Assembly: GCF_038871235.1 (NCBI RefSeq)
Contig: NZ_JAVZIN010000004.1
Span: 32,001 to 96,000 of the forward strand
Direction: 5' to 3'
Origin: Candidatus Hadarchaeum sp.
GTDB lineage: Archaea; Hadarchaeota; Hadarchaeia; Hadarchaeales; Hadarchaeaceae
DNA: 64,000 nucleotides
The notes beneath the pieces were generated by a model. It was not told the DNA's origin and did no database searches. It saw nothing but the letters and a program-made list of their open reading frames with translations. Position numbers and translations under genes: made by a program. Every line of letters begins with the position of its first letter. Positions within the stretch are counted from its first letter, which is position 1. Below, piece by piece: positions 1-10,416 of this stretch.

Positions 1-545
1 AATGGAAAACCCCCTTGGGTGAGGTTCAAGTCGACGAGGATTTGAGTAACAGGATAAGGATCGCCTCGGATATCATCGATGACGACGCTGTGGCCCACGC
101 TTACGAGCACTCAATTGAAGTGCAGCTACCGTTTCTCCAGCATCTCTTTGGAGGCGAGTTCAAGATAGTTCCCATCTGTATGATGCTGCAAGATGAGAGG
201 ACAAGCTTGGAGGTTGGAGATGCGATAGCCGGGGCCGCTGCGGAAAAGGACGTTCTCATTATAGCTTCAACCGATTTCACTCACTATGAGCCGCAAAGGA
301 CGGCCGTGGAGAAGGACAGAAAGGTAATTGAAAAGATAATAGGGATGGACCCTCGTGGCGTGATTAGGACAGTGGATGAGGAAGGGATCACTATGTGTGG
401 TTACGGTCCTGTGTCTGCGATGTTACAAGCCGCGAAAAAGCTTGGGGCGACAAAGGCGGAACTGCTCAAGTATGCCACCAGCGGCGATACGGCAGGTCCG
501 ATGGCCCAAGTGGTCGGATATGCTTCAATCGCTGTCTCAAAGTGA
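1..545 (+). CDS. MEMO1/AmmeMemoRadiSam protein B family (5' truncated by window edge)
   Basis: Motifs EHSIEVQLPFLQ, ASTDFTHYE, TMCGYGP, YATSGD, VVGYAS; usual position upstream of ipk/fni. Confidence 0.9.
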   Translation, partial: WKTPLGEVQVDEDLSNRIRIASDIIDDDAVAHAYEHSIEVQLPFLQHLFGGEFKIVPICMMLQDERTSLEVGDAIAGAAAEKDVLIIASTDFTHYEPQRTAVEKDRKVIEKIIGMDPRGVIRTVDEEGITMCGYGPVSAMLQAAKKLGATKAELLKYATSGDTAGPMAQVVGYASIAVSK

Positions 546-549
546 TGCG

Positions 550-1338
550 ATGAAACTCTTGATTGTGAAATTAGGAGGAAGTGTGATCACAGATAAAAGA
601 AAACCGTTCGCCATCAAGCATACCGTTGTCAAAAGGCTGGCAAAGGAGTTGAAAGGGGTTCCGGGGCCTCTTGTCATAGTGCATGGGGGCGGTTCCTTTG
701 GACACCCTTTAGCTCTGAAGTACAGGATTGCTGATGGATATCGTGAAAAGGACCAGCTCATGGGAGTTTCTCTCACCCATCTGGCCATGGAAAAACTGAA
801 CAAATATTTGATCGAAGCCCTGCAGAAAGAAGGCATACCTGCGATTGCCTTTCAGCCCTCAGCCTGCGTTCTATCTTCTGATGGCCGGATTAAATCTATG
901 GAGCTTGGGCCGCTGAGGAGGATATTGGCGCTGGGGCTGGTCCCCGTTCTCTATGGCGATGTGGTCTTTGATGTTAAAAAGGGCTTTAGCATACTTTCTG
1001 GGGATCAGCTGGTCTCCTATCTGGCGAGAAAGTTGGGTGCTACGCGGGTGGTGTTTGGAGTTGATGTTGATGGGGTTTACACGTCCTGTCCTAAAAGAAA
1101 TGACCGGGCCGAGTTGTTGCGGGTGATAACTCCATCTGACGTGAAGCTGGTGGCTTCTATGGAGAAAGATGAAACCGGCGACGTGACGGGGGGTATGCAG
1201 GCCAAGGTGCGGGAACTGCTCGAGCTGGCAAAATTTGGCGTAGAGGCGGAAATAGTAAATGCAGCCAGAGCCAATGTTCTTAAGGAAGCGCTTCGGGGTA
1301 AAAGAGGTCTGGGGACAATAGTAACTGGGGGTAAATAA
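550..1338 (+). CDS. ipk: Isopentenyl phosphate kinase
   Basis: [27 protein letters not shown]; start taken as ATG 550 rather than the ORF-track 376. Confidence 0.92.
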   Translation: MKLLIVKLGGSVITDKRKPFAIKHTVVKRLAKELKGVPGPLVIVHGGGSFGHPLALKYRIADGYREKDQLMGVSLTHLAMEKLNKYLIEALQKEGIPAIAFQPSACVLSSDGRIKSMELGPLRRILALGLVPVLYGDVVFDVKKGFSILSGDQLVSYLARKLGATRVVFGVDVDGVYTSCPKRNDRAELLRVITPSDVKLVASMEKDETGDVTGGMQAKVRELLELAKFGVEAEIVNAARANVLKEALRGKRGLGTIVTGGK

Positions 1339-1339
1339 A

Positions 1340-2422
1340 TTGGCAGATAAAACCAGCGGCAGGAAAGATGATCATATAAAAATATGTCTCAAAGAAGATG
1401 TTGAAAGCATCCTTAAAGACACGGGATTTAATGACGTAGAGTTGGTGCACAAAGCCTTGCCTGAGATGAATTTTGGTGATGTTGATCTCACGACTAGCTT
1501 TCTCGGTTTCAAACTCAGCGCCCCCATCATGATTGCTTCGATGACTGGGGGGAGCGCGCAGGGGAAACGATTCAACACTATTCTAGCTTCCGCCGCTCAG
1601 GAGTTGGGTATAGGATTTGGGGTCGGCAGTCAGAGGGCAGCGATCGAGAACCCCAAATTGGCCGACACCTTTAAGGTGAGATCTGTGGCACCTGATGTTT
1701 TTCTGGTGGGCAACCTCGGGATGGCGCAGCTAGCCCAAGGCTATGGTGTCGCCGAAGCGCGAAGGGCAGTTGAGATGATCGATGCTGACGCGCTTTCCAT
1801 CCACATGAATCCGTTACAGGAGTTGGTTCAGCCGGAAGGTGAACCCAGATATCGGGGCGCTTTGGAGAAGTTCTCCAAGGTCTGTGATAGTTTAGATGTT
1901 CCAGTTATTGCTAAAGAAACTGGCTGTGGAATAAGCGCTGAGGTGGCCAAGGAACTTGTCGAGGCCGGAGCTTCAGCCGTTGACGTCAGCGGCGCTGGAG
2001 GCACTTCGTGGGCGGGCGTGGAAGCTTTAAGGGCACCCTATGGTTCTGTTGTTGGGATAACCTTCTGGGATTGGGGCATACCCACCGTCGTTAGCACTGC
2101 GGAGGTTTGTATGGCGGTCAGCGTGCCGGTGATATCAAGCGGTGGCATCCGTTCGGGGCTCGATGCGGCAAAGGCTTTGGCGCTAGGCGCCGATCTGGTG
2201 GGAATTGCTTTACCAGTTCTTCGAGCCGCACACGATGGTAAAAAAGCGGTCATTAGCTTTCTCAACGACTTCATGGCGGAACTCAGGGCGGCGATGTTTT
2301 TGACTGGGTGCAAACGAGTAGCAGACCTGCGCAGAGCCGGTTTAATAGTAACCGGAAGAACATGGGAGTGGCTCACAGCTCGCGGCTTCAGTCCGAAGAG
2401 ATTGGGGAGGCGAAGACAATGA
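1340..2422 (+). CDS. fni: Type 2 isopentenyl-diphosphate isomerase
   Basis: RKDDHI, MTGG, GSQRAA, QPEG, KETGCG, GAGGTSW, SGGIRSG. Confidence 0.95.
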   Translation: MADKTSGRKDDHIKICLKEDVESILKDTGFNDVELVHKALPEMNFGDVDLTTSFLGFKLSAPIMIASMTGGSAQGKRFNTILASAAQELGIGFGVGSQRAAIENPKLADTFKVRSVAPDVFLVGNLGMAQLAQGYGVAEARRAVEMIDADALSIHMNPLQELVQPEGEPRYRGALEKFSKVCDSLDVPVIAKETGCGISAEVAKELVEAGASAVDVSGAGGTSWAGVEALRAPYGSVVGITFWDWGIPTVVSTAEVCMAVSVPVISSGGIRSGLDAAKALALGADLVGIALPVLRAAHDGKKAVISFLNDFMAELRAAMFLTGCKRVADLRRAGLIVTGRTWEWLTARGFSPKRLGRRRQ

Positions 2423-3744
2423 GCGTTGAAGTGCTTCCCATCGGCGGTTTAGGTGAAGTGGGTAAAAACATGACGGCGCTGGGCTTCGATGGAAACTACA
2501 TCATCGTTGATATGGGGATAAGACTGGACAGCATCATGGCCTTTGAGGAGGCGGAGATAGGAAAGATGAGCCGGGAGGAGCTAATCAATATTAACGGCAT
2601 CCCTGATGATAATATCCTCCACGGGCGAAAGGTTAAGGCAATTATCCTTACCCATGGTCATCTTGATCACATTGGTGCTGTGGGGAAGCTGGCCTATGCC
2701 TACAACGCCCCCATCTACGGAACCCCCTTCACGATTGAGTTGACCCGAAGACTATTGCGTGAGGAAAGCGGGGTCAAATTAAAGAACGAGCTCATCACAA
2801 TTAATCCAGGGGACTCGATAAGAACCCATGGAATTGATATTGAGTTCATTAACGCCACTCATAGCATCCTGCACACGGTCTTTGTTTTGGCTAAACGAGA
2901 CGGTGACTCGGTGCTTTTTGCTAGCGATTTCAAGTTGGATGAACAACCTCTGCTGGGGGAGAAAACCGACTTAGCTAGGTTGAGACGTTTGGCCAGTGAA
3001 GGTCTCTTGGCTGCCTTGATTGGTGCGATTAGACTGGATGAGCCGGGACCGACAAAATCAGAGGCGCATGCCCGCCAGATGCTAAAGGAGGTAATGGGTG
3101 AAGCTTGTTCCAATAATGGTCTAGTTATCGCCACGACCTTTTCCTCCCACATCGTCAGGTTGAAGTCCATTGTGGACCTTGCGTTTGATATTGGCCGCAC
3201 CCCCGTTCTCGTTGGCCGTTCGCTACGGAATTACTGCACAGCCGCGATGGATCTGGGCTTGGTGGACTTTCCTCCTGAGCTGAGCATTCACGGGCGTCCG
3301 AATGCGGTGTACAATTTGTTGAGGGAGATAAACAAGTCCCGTTCTGATTATGTGCTTGTTTGTACGGGACACCAAGGGGAGCCCACTTCGGTGTTGTCAA
3401 AGATAGCGAACGGCCAGCTGCCTCTAGATATCCGTGATGGTGATGAGGTGATCTTTTCTGCCAGCGTTATACCTAATCCAATAAATGAATCCAATCGGGA
3501 GCTACTCGAGACTAAACTGATGGCAAAAGGGGCCCACATTTACCGTGGCGTGCACGTTTCTGGACATGCGGGCAGGGTGGATACTGCCGAGTTCATAGAG
3601 ACGATTAAACCTGACCATTTGATCCCATGTCACAGCACCTTTGACAAGCTTCGATTGTTGTTTGAACTTGGCCGGGAACTTGGATATGATGACAACAGGC
3701 TGCACCAGCTCAGGAATGGTACTTCCCTAATTTTGGGTGATTGA
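2419..3744 (+). CDS. rnj: RNase J (beta-CASP ribonuclease)
   Basis: [32 protein letters not shown]; ATG 2419 overlaps the fni stop. Confidence 0.93.
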   Translation: MSVEVLPIGGLGEVGKNMTALGFDGNYIIVDMGIRLDSIMAFEEAEIGKMSREELININGIPDDNILHGRKVKAIILTHGHLDHIGAVGKLAYAYNAPIYGTPFTIELTRRLLREESGVKLKNELITINPGDSIRTHGIDIEFINATHSILHTVFVLAKRDGDSVLFASDFKLDEQPLLGEKTDLARLRRLASEGLLAALIGAIRLDEPGPTKSEAHARQMLKEVMGEACSNNGLVIATTFSSHIVRLKSIVDLAFDIGRTPVLVGRSLRNYCTAAMDLGLVDFPPELSIHGRPNAVYNLLREINKSRSDYVLVCTGHQGEPTSVLSKIANGQLPLDIRDGDEVIFSASVIPNPINESNRELLETKLMAKGAHIYRGVHVSGHAGRVDTAEFIETIKPDHLIPCHSTFDKLRLLFELGRELGYDDNRLHQLRNGTSLILGD

Positions 3745-4744
3745 TGTGGATGTATTGAAGTATCTGGAAGAATGTGCGGCTTTGGTTGAGCCTGAGATCA
3801 ATCGCTGGATACCAAGGGAGGTTCAGCCTGAGGTGTTGGTCAGGGCCATGCGACATTTGATTGAGGCCGGCGGAAAAAGGCTGCGCCCCTGTTTGACTAT
3901 GACTGCCTGCGAAGCAGTTGGTGGTAAAAAGGAGGACGCAATCGAGACAGCCGCTGCTTTGGAGCTGTTTCACAACTTCACCCTGATTCACGATGATATC
4001 ATGGATCACGATGAGTTCCGAAGGAACGTTAAAACCGTACATGTCATCTGGGGTGAGCCAATAGCGATAATCGCTGGGGATGCGTTGTTTGCTAAGGTTT
4101 TTGAAGCAGCAGCGGCAAATGCCAGCCGGCTTGGGATGAACTTGGAAAGAACGGTGGAACTGTTCAACACATTGAGCAGGGCGAGCTTTGAGCTATGTCA
4201 GGGACAGGTGCTTGACATGTTGTTTGAAAAACGTGATGACGTCACCGAAGAGGAATACATGCGGATGATCAGTGGCAAGACTGGGGCCCTTACTGAAGCG
4301 GCCACAAGGGTCGGTGCCCTGTTGGGAAATGCCTCGAGAGAAAAAATTCAAGCGCTTTCCAGTTATGGTCGGCTGATTGGGGTGGCTTTTCAGATGCAGG
4401 ATGATCTCTTGGGAGTCTTGGGTAAGCAGGAAAAGTTTGGAAAGCCCATAGGCAGCGATATAAGAGAAGGAAAGAGAACATTGATAATTGTAAAGGCCCT
4501 CACCTCAGCCCCGGAACGGGAAAAGAGAATTTTATTGAAAGCTTTTGGAAAGAGCAATGCGACTAATGAGGAGATTCGTAAGGCGATAGAAGTTCTGAAA
4601 AAAGTTGGGGCCGTTGAGTATGTCGCCGAGAAAGCCCGCAAAATGGTTGCTAAAGCAAAAATGAAACTGAAAGTTCTGCCTGACTCAAAGGCTAAGGAGG
4701 CGTTACTTGGGATTGCTGATTTTGTTGTTGAACGGGAATTCTGA
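3737..4744 (+). CDS. idsA: Geranylgeranyl diphosphate synthase
   Basis: GGKRLRP, HDDIMD..RR, GQ, KTGAL, FQMQDD. Confidence 0.93.
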   Translation: MIDVDVLKYLEECAALVEPEINRWIPREVQPEVLVRAMRHLIEAGGKRLRPCLTMTACEAVGGKKEDAIETAAALELFHNFTLIHDDIMDHDEFRRNVKTVHVIWGEPIAIIAGDALFAKVFEAAAANASRLGMNLERTVELFNTLSRASFELCQGQVLDMLFEKRDDVTEEEYMRMISGKTGALTEAATRVGALLGNASREKIQALSSYGRLIGVAFQMQDDLLGVLGKQEKFGKPIGSDIREGKRTLIIVKALTSAPEREKRILLKAFGKSNATNEEIRKAIEVLKKVGAVEYVAEKARKMVAKAKMKLKVLPDSKAKEALLGIADFVVEREF

Positions 4745-4788
4745 TAGTTTTGGCCCAGATTTTTCCCAAGAAACCTAAAGGGGGTAAA

Positions 4789-6480
4789 TTGGTGGAAGAA
4801 ATTAAAAGGACAGTGCTGAGGTGGACATTAGCCAACGCGACCGAGCATGGGGGAAAGGCTAGCTCCAAAGCAGTCATGGGTAAGATACTTGCCGAATTGC
4901 CGGGCTGGAAGTCGAGAATCGTAGAACTCTCGATCCTTGTCGATCAAATTGTTGATGAGGTTAACAGAATGAGTCCTGAGGAACAACAGTTTCAGATAAA
5001 GAAGGTTGGCCTCCCTGAGAGAAAGTCGGAGGAGAGGCGTGGACTGCCGGATCTGCCTAGTTTACAAGAGTACAAGACAATTGTGACTAGGTTTGCCCCT
5101 AACCCCAATGGTCCCTTGCATATCGGGCACATCAGGGCGGCACTTCTCAGTCACGAATATGCCCGGCGTTATCAAGGAAAGTTCATCCTGAGATTTGAGG
5201 ATACTAACCCTGAAAACGCGATGCTGGAAATGTATGAATTCATAAAGCGTGATTTGAGATGGCTGGGTCTCAACTGGGATGAGGAATACTATCAGTCAGA
5301 TCGCGTTGAAATCTACTACCACCACGCCGAACAGCTTATTAAAAGTGAAAAAGCCTACGTGTGCGATTGCGATGTCGAGATTTTTAGAAAGCTTCGTGAT
5401 TCAGGTCAGCCGTGTCCCTGCCGTGGTCTTTCCGCTTCCGAGAATTTAATTAGATGGCAAAAAATGCTTGCCGGCGGTTATACGGAGGGAGGAGCCGTTG
5501 TTCGAATAAAAACAGATTTAAAACACCCCAATCCAGCGGTTCGTGATTGGCCAGCGTTGCGAATCGTCAAAGCCCCTCACCCGAGGGTCGGTAAGAAATA
5601 TCCTGTTTGGCCCCTCTATAATTTTTCCGCAGGGATAGATGATCACCTTATGGAAGTGACTCATGTTATCCGGGGCAAGGAGCATGAGGTAAATGAAGAG
5701 CGCCAGCGGATTATGTATGAACATTTTGGATGGAGATATCCGACCGCGGTTCAGTACGGTCGACTGTCGATGCCCGGCGTCGAACTGAGCAAAACTCAGA
5801 CGATGGAAATGATCAGAAGTGGTCGGTTGTCTGGTTTTGACGATGTTAGGCTTGCGACCATAGCCGCTCTGCGCAGACGCGGGTTTCTGTCGGCCGCCAT
5901 AAGGCAGATGATTTTTGACATTGGACTTACCCCTGTTGATGCCTCCTTGAGTTGGGAAACTCTTTATGCGTACAACAGGAAAATTCTGGATCCAATCGCC
6001 GGTCGTTATTTCTTTGTGGCAAATCCAGTTAAATTGCTTGTTCGTGGTGGACCTAAGTTGAAGGAAGCCAGATTGCGCTTGCACCCGGGCAAGCCGGAGA
6101 TGGGGGAACGCGTGCTTCCGCTGAGTTTTGAAAATAGCAGCTTAGTTTTTTACATCTCTAGAAGTGACGCTTCTGTTTTAAAAGTTGGAGATACCTTTAG
6201 GCTGAAAGACCTGATGAACGTTAAGCTTGAGAGCATGGACTCGGTGTTTGGGGCATCATTTCACAGCTTGGAAGTTATGGACGTGCCAAAGTTCCAATGG
6301 GTTTCTGGAGGAGCCGTTGTCCTCGAGGTGATTAAGCCAGATGCATCGGTGGAAACCGGGCTTGCTGAGCCTTCCGTGGCAGCTCTGAAGGTCGGCGATA
6401 TCGTTCAGCTGGAGAGGTATGGTTTCGTTAGAATTGACTCAACGATACCGAAATTGACTGCCATATATGCGCACAGATGA
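4789..6480 (+). CDS. gltX: Glutamyl-tRNA synthetase
   Basis: RFAPNPNGPLHIGH, LRFEDTNP, RGKEH, QLERYGF; start approximate. Confidence 0.95.
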   Translation: MVEEIKRTVLRWTLANATEHGGKASSKAVMGKILAELPGWKSRIVELSILVDQIVDEVNRMSPEEQQFQIKKVGLPERKSEERRGLPDLPSLQEYKTIVTRFAPNPNGPLHIGHIRAALLSHEYARRYQGKFILRFEDTNPENAMLEMYEFIKRDLRWLGLNWDEEYYQSDRVEIYYHHAEQLIKSEKAYVCDCDVEIFRKLRDSGQPCPCRGLSASENLIRWQKMLAGGYTEGGAVVRIKTDLKHPNPAVRDWPALRIVKAPHPRVGKKYPVWPLYNFSAGIDDHLMEVTHVIRGKEHEVNEERQRIMYEHFGWRYPTAVQYGRLSMPGVELSKTQTMEMIRSGRLSGFDDVRLATIAALRRRGFLSAAIRQMIFDIGLTPVDASLSWETLYAYNRKILDPIAGRYFFVANPVKLLVRGGPKLKEARLRLHPGKPEMGERVLPLSFENSSLVFYISRSDASVLKVGDTFRLKDLMNVKLESMDSVFGASFHSLEVMDVPKFQWVSGGAVVLEVIKPDASVETGLAEPSVAALKVGDIVQLERYGFVRIDSTIPKLTAIYAHR

Positions 6481-6577
6481 GTGTTGAGCTGGGTTTTGGT
6501 CCGCTAAATTTTAAAAATCGGGATACAACACTCTTTTAACGGCAGCCTGCATAATAAAAATTACCAAAAACCGTTGA

Positions 6578-6596
6578 ATGATGAGGTCTAAACTGA
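6578..6596 (+). promoter_or_regulatory. Box C / box D (K-turn or K-loop) motif in the rpl7ae 5' leader
   Basis: ATGATGA-GGTCTAAA-CTGA directly upstream of SD GGAGGTG and GTG start 6611. Confidence 0.55.
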
Positions 6597-6610
6597 AGGA
6601 GGTGTTTGGA

Positions 6611-6982
6611 GTGGCCAAACCGATATATGTGCGCTTCGAGGTCCCGAAGGAGCTGGCGGATAGAGTATATGGGGCGGTAGAGGTCGCAAGGGATACAGGG
6701 AAGCTCAGAAAAGGGACCAATGAAGTTACTAAAGCCATAGAACGCAAGCAGGCAAAGCTAGTTGTGATAGCTGAGGATGTTGAGCCAGCTGAAATAGTGG
6801 CCCATCTCGTTCCACTTTCTGAGGAAAAAGGAATTCCATATGTATACGTTCCGAGCAAGCGGGAGCTGGGTGCCGCCGCCGGTCTGGAAGTTGGTTCATC
6901 GGCTGTTGCCATAGTCGATGCCGGACAGGCGGCAAATGCGGTGAAGGACATAATCGAGAGCATCAAACAGCTTAAGAAGTGA
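6611..6982 (+). CDS. rpl7ae: 50S ribosomal protein L7Ae
   Basis: [23 protein letters not shown]; SD GGAGGTG before GTG 6611. Confidence 0.97.
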   Translation: MAKPIYVRFEVPKELADRVYGAVEVARDTGKLRKGTNEVTKAIERKQAKLVVIAEDVEPAEIVAHLVPLSEEKGIPYVYVPSKRELGAAAGLEVGSSAVAIVDAGQAANAVKDIIESIKQLKK

Positions 6983-6987
6983 CGATA

Positions 6988-7206
6988 ATGCCAGTCGAAG
7001 CAGACATGGGCTTTCCAGCAGAAGTTATCGAGATTCGTGCGCGTACCGGTGTCACCGGCGAAATAATGCAGGTTAGGTGCAGGGTGCTGGAAGGTCGTGA
7101 TAAAGGCCGAATCATAACGAGGAATGTGAAGGGCCCGGTTAGAGTGGGCGACATTTTGATGCTTAGGGAAACGGAGCGCGAGGCCAAGGAGATAAGGGTG
7201 CCTTAG
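6988..7206 (+). CDS. rps28e: 30S ribosomal protein S28e
   Basis: [28 protein letters not shown]. Confidence 0.97.
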   Translation: MPVEADMGFPAEVIEIRARTGVTGEIMQVRCRVLEGRDKGRIITRNVKGPVRVGDILMLRETEREAKEIRVP

Positions 7207-7395
7207 ATGCCGGTGGCGAGAAAGTGTTCCTTCTGCGGCGGTCGAGTTGAGCCAGGCTCAGGGCTGATGTTTGTGAAGCGTGATGGTTCCATATTATTTT
7301 TTTGTTCTAGCAAATGTAGGCGCAACTTTTCCTTGGGACGAAAGCCAGCTCATCTGAAATGGACTCAGAGATCGAAATCCGGTGGTAAGGGTTGA
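7207..7395 (+). CDS. rpl24e: 50S ribosomal protein L24e
   Basis: CSFCG..VEPG.G.MFV, FCSSKC, KWT. Confidence 0.96.
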   Translation: MPVARKCSFCGGRVEPGSGLMFVKRDGSILFFCSSKCRRNFSLGRKPAHLKWTQRSKSGGKG

Positions 7396-7790
7396 ACGAG
7401 CAGACCTTCGTGATGATAAAGCCGGACGGGGTCAGAAAGGGACTGATCGATGAGATAATCTTCCGTATCCAGAGAGCCGGATTAAAGGTAGTTGCGCAGC
7501 GTCGTTTGAAAATGGATCGGGGGTTGGCTGAAAGGCTTTATTCTGTTCATAAAGACAAACCATTTTTTGAGAGATTGGTGGATCATGTGCTTTCAGGTGA
7601 GGTCGTGGTTATGCTCGTGGAAGGGGAAAATGCAGTTTTAAGGACGAGGGAGCTGATAGGGGCAACAGACCCCGCAAAAGCCGCGAAGGGAACAATACGT
7701 GGTGATTTCGCCTCCAGCGTCACTGAAAACATCATTCATGCGGCAGATTCCCCTGAAAACGCCAGACGTGAAGCTTCGCTATTCTTTTAG
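7392..7790 (+). CDS. ndk: Nucleoside diphosphate kinase
   Basis: [26 protein letters not shown]. Confidence 0.96.
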   Translation: MNEQTFVMIKPDGVRKGLIDEIIFRIQRAGLKVVAQRRLKMDRGLAERLYSVHKDKPFFERLVDHVLSGEVVVMLVEGENAVLRTRELIGATDPAKAAKGTIRGDFASSVTENIIHAADSPENARREASLFF

Positions 7791-7844
7791 TTTATCCCAT
7801 AAATCGAGAATTTGCTGGCAGCTGGTATTTTTTGACTTGTAGTT

Positions 7845-8063
7845 TTAGCCTCCAGCCAAAGGTACAACTCTAATGACTTTTTTCTTATCGACATTGACAA
7901 ATCCAAAATTTTTAGCATATAACTTATTTCCTATTACGCAAACACCCTCGCCCGGGATGTACTCGCCTTTTTTCGCCAGTTCCATTCCAGGCGATACCCA
8001 AATATAGTCAGTTTCCGACTGGGGCGGCCTGCTCAGCTTTAATGTTTTTTTGGGTCTCATCAA
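7845..8063 (-). CDS. Small protein resembling the isolated N-terminal domain of exosome cap proteins Rrp4/Csl4
   Basis: VSPGMELA..GEYIPGEG....GNKLYA...G.V aligns by eye with Csl4 in this window (VIPGDLLA..EEFVPGNG...NGKIYA...GVV); ends VVPLAGG; TATA-like TTATAAAA upstream. Confidence 0.65.
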   Translation of the reverse strand: MMRPKKTLKLSRPPQSETDYIWVSPGMELAKKGEYIPGEGVCVIGNKLYAKNFGFVNVDKKKVIRVVPLAGG

Positions 8064-8165
8064 TTAAAGCTTCATTATTTTTTATAAGACCTTTTTCATT
8101 CTAACAGAATTAAAAATAGGTCTGATGCTTTAAACTAGTCAGCATAAGATATTCTGGTGTTTAAG

Positions 8166-9959
8166 ATGCAGAAGCCCAGAGTCAGACAGCCGTTGATAGC
8201 GGTGCTGGGCCATGTCGACCACGGCAAAACATCTTTGCTGGATGCCATCAGAGGAACCAGAGTTGCCGCTAGGGAAGCCGGTGCGATTACTCAGCACGTT
8301 GGAGCCAGCGAGATACCTATAGATGCAATTAGGAAGATTTGCGGAAAACTTCTGGAGAGGCTTAAGATAGAGCTTACTCTGCCTGGTCTTCTTTTTATCG
8401 ACACACCGGGTCACGAAGCTTTCACCAATCTTCGCCGGAGAGGCGGCTCTCTTGCTGATCTCGCCACCCTTGTTATTGATATCAATGAGGGGTTTATGCC
8501 CCAGACGTTGGAATCTTTGACAATTTTAAGAACATACAAGACCCCCTTCATGGTAATCGCCAATAAGATAGATCTAATTCCTGGTTGGAAAGCGATTCCT
8601 CGTGCCTGTTTTTTGGAATCCTTTGCGAAACAACGCCCCGAGGTTCAACGTACACTGGATGAAAAAGTTTACGAACTCGTTGGGAAGTTGCACGAGCTAG
8701 GATTTGAATCTGAGAGGTTCGATCGGGTCAGCGATTTTCGCAGGCAAGTTTCTATAGTTCCCGCTAGCGCCAAGACTGGTGAGGGCATTGCGGAGATTTT
8801 AACCATTTTATCCGGACTTGCACAGAGGTATTTGGAGAAGGAGCTGATGGTTGAGGTGACCGGCCCTGGGCGAGGAACTGTTCTTGAAGTGAAGGAAGAG
8901 GTTGGGTTGGGTAAAACAATAGATGTGATAATATACGACGGTGTGGTGGCAAAGGGTGATCTTTTTGCGGTGGGCGGTCTGGATAAGGTGATCACTTCCA
9001 AGGTCAGATGCCTTCTTCAACCCAAGCCTCTTGATGAAATCCGAGATCCAGAGGATAGGTTCAATCAGGTTGAAATGGTTTACGCCGCCGCCGGGGTCAA
9101 GATTGCCGCGCCGAATCTTGAGGGAGTAGTGGCTGGTGCGCCTTTTTTAGTGATTAAAGATATAGCGGCGGCGGAAAAACTGTGGCAGGAAATGCAGCAG
9201 GAGCTGGAGCGCGTCAGGATAATTTCCGATGTAAATGGCGTGGTTTTAAAGGCCGATGCTTTGGGCTCTCTTGAAGCTCTAGAGGGCCAGCTAAAGGCAA
9301 AGGGAATACCGATTCGCAAAGCCGATGTCGGCGATGTTTCTCGGCGGGATGTTATTGAAGCAGCCACGGTTGGCAAGAGTGATCAGCTTCTGGCTGTGGT
9401 GTTGGCCTTTAACGTCAAGGTCTTGCCAGACGCCGTCTCCGAAGCCGAACGCGAGGGTGTTCAGATACTCCGGGATAATGTGATCTACAGGTTGCTGGAA
9501 CAGTACGAAAGTTGGGTGAAGAAAAAGAGTGAAGAAGTTAGGGCGAATCGCTTGCAGGGATTCGTCAGGCCTGGAAAAATCGTCATCAAACCCGGCTATG
9601 TTTTCAGGCGTAGCGATCCAGCCATAGTAGGAATCGATGTTTTAGGCGGCGTCATTAGGACAAAGGCTCCGTTGATGAATAAGGAGGGCAAGTCGATCGG
9701 GTCCATCCGTGAGCTGCAAAAGGACAAGAAACCTATTCAAGAAGCAAAGCTTGGCGATGAGCTGGCTGTCTCCATAGATGGGCCAATGATCGGGCGCCAA
9801 GTTCAAGAGGGAGATGTTTTATATACAGATGTACCAAGAGACCATGTGCTCGCACTGAGGAGAGATCTGCGTGATCTCCTTTCGGGTGATGAGCTTTCGG
9901 TGCTTGATGAGATAATCGCCATCAAGCAGAAAACAGATCCAACCTATGGAGTGATGTGA
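8166..9959 (+). CDS. infB: Translation initiation factor aIF5B (IF2)
   Basis: [29 protein letters not shown]; no intein visible. Confidence 0.97.
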   Translation: MQKPRVRQPLIAVLGHVDHGKTSLLDAIRGTRVAAREAGAITQHVGASEIPIDAIRKICGKLLERLKIELTLPGLLFIDTPGHEAFTNLRRRGGSLADLATLVIDINEGFMPQTLESLTILRTYKTPFMVIANKIDLIPGWKAIPRACFLESFAKQRPEVQRTLDEKVYELVGKLHELGFESERFDRVSDFRRQVSIVPASAKTGEGIAEILTILSGLAQRYLEKELMVEVTGPGRGTVLEVKEEVGLGKTIDVIIYDGVVAKGDLFAVGGLDKVITSKVRCLLQPKPLDEIRDPEDRFNQVEMVYAAAGVKIAAPNLEGVVAGAPFLVIKDIAAAEKLWQEMQQELERVRIISDVNGVVLKADALGSLEALEGQLKAKGIPIRKADVGDVSRRDVIEAATVGKSDQLLAVVLAFNVKVLPDAVSEAEREGVQILRDNVIYRLLEQYESWVKKKSEEVRANRLQGFVRPGKIVIKPGYVFRRSDPAIVGIDVLGGVIRTKAPLMNKEGKSIGSIRELQKDKKPIQEAKLGDELAVSIDGPMIGRQVQEGDVLYTDVPRDHVLALRRDLRDLLSGDELSVLDEIIAIKQKTDPTYGVM

Positions 9960-10354
9960 TGCCGTTCAAAATGGTGGTTGCAGACCCGAAGACGGGGAGG
10001 AGTTATAAGCTGGAGGCTCGAGAGCCGGAGGCCCGCAAATTGATCGGATTTAGGATTGGAGATAAGTTCGATGGTGGGGTAGTGGGATTACCCGGCTATG
10101 AGCTTCAGATAACCGGGGGTACCGATCGAGATGGATTCCCAATGCGTCCAGACATTGCAGGTTCGGGGCGGGCCAGTGTTTTGCTGGCTAGAGGACCGGG
10201 TTTCTCACCAAAGAGACCCGGTGAACGCCGTAGAAAGATGGTGCGTGGCTCCAGAGTTTCTGAGGACATCGTACAGCTCAACGTAGTGATAACGAAGTGG
10301 GGTGAAAAGCCCGTTGAGGAGATAATTCAGCCTAAGGAGACAAAGCAGGGCTAA
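9956..10354 (+). CDS. rps6e: 30S ribosomal protein S6e
   Basis: ITGGTDRDGFPMR, GERRRKMVRG. Confidence 0.96.
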   Translation: MMPFKMVVADPKTGRSYKLEAREPEARKLIGFRIGDKFDGGVVGLPGYELQITGGTDRDGFPMRPDIAGSGRASVLLARGPGFSPKRPGERRRKMVRGSRVSEDIVQLNVVITKWGEKPVEEIIQPKETKQG

Positions 10355-10416
10355 CCGGTAACGGATTAAAATCACTGTGTTTTTAATGTGGGAGGAAAAC
10401 TTGAACAAGGTGGAAA

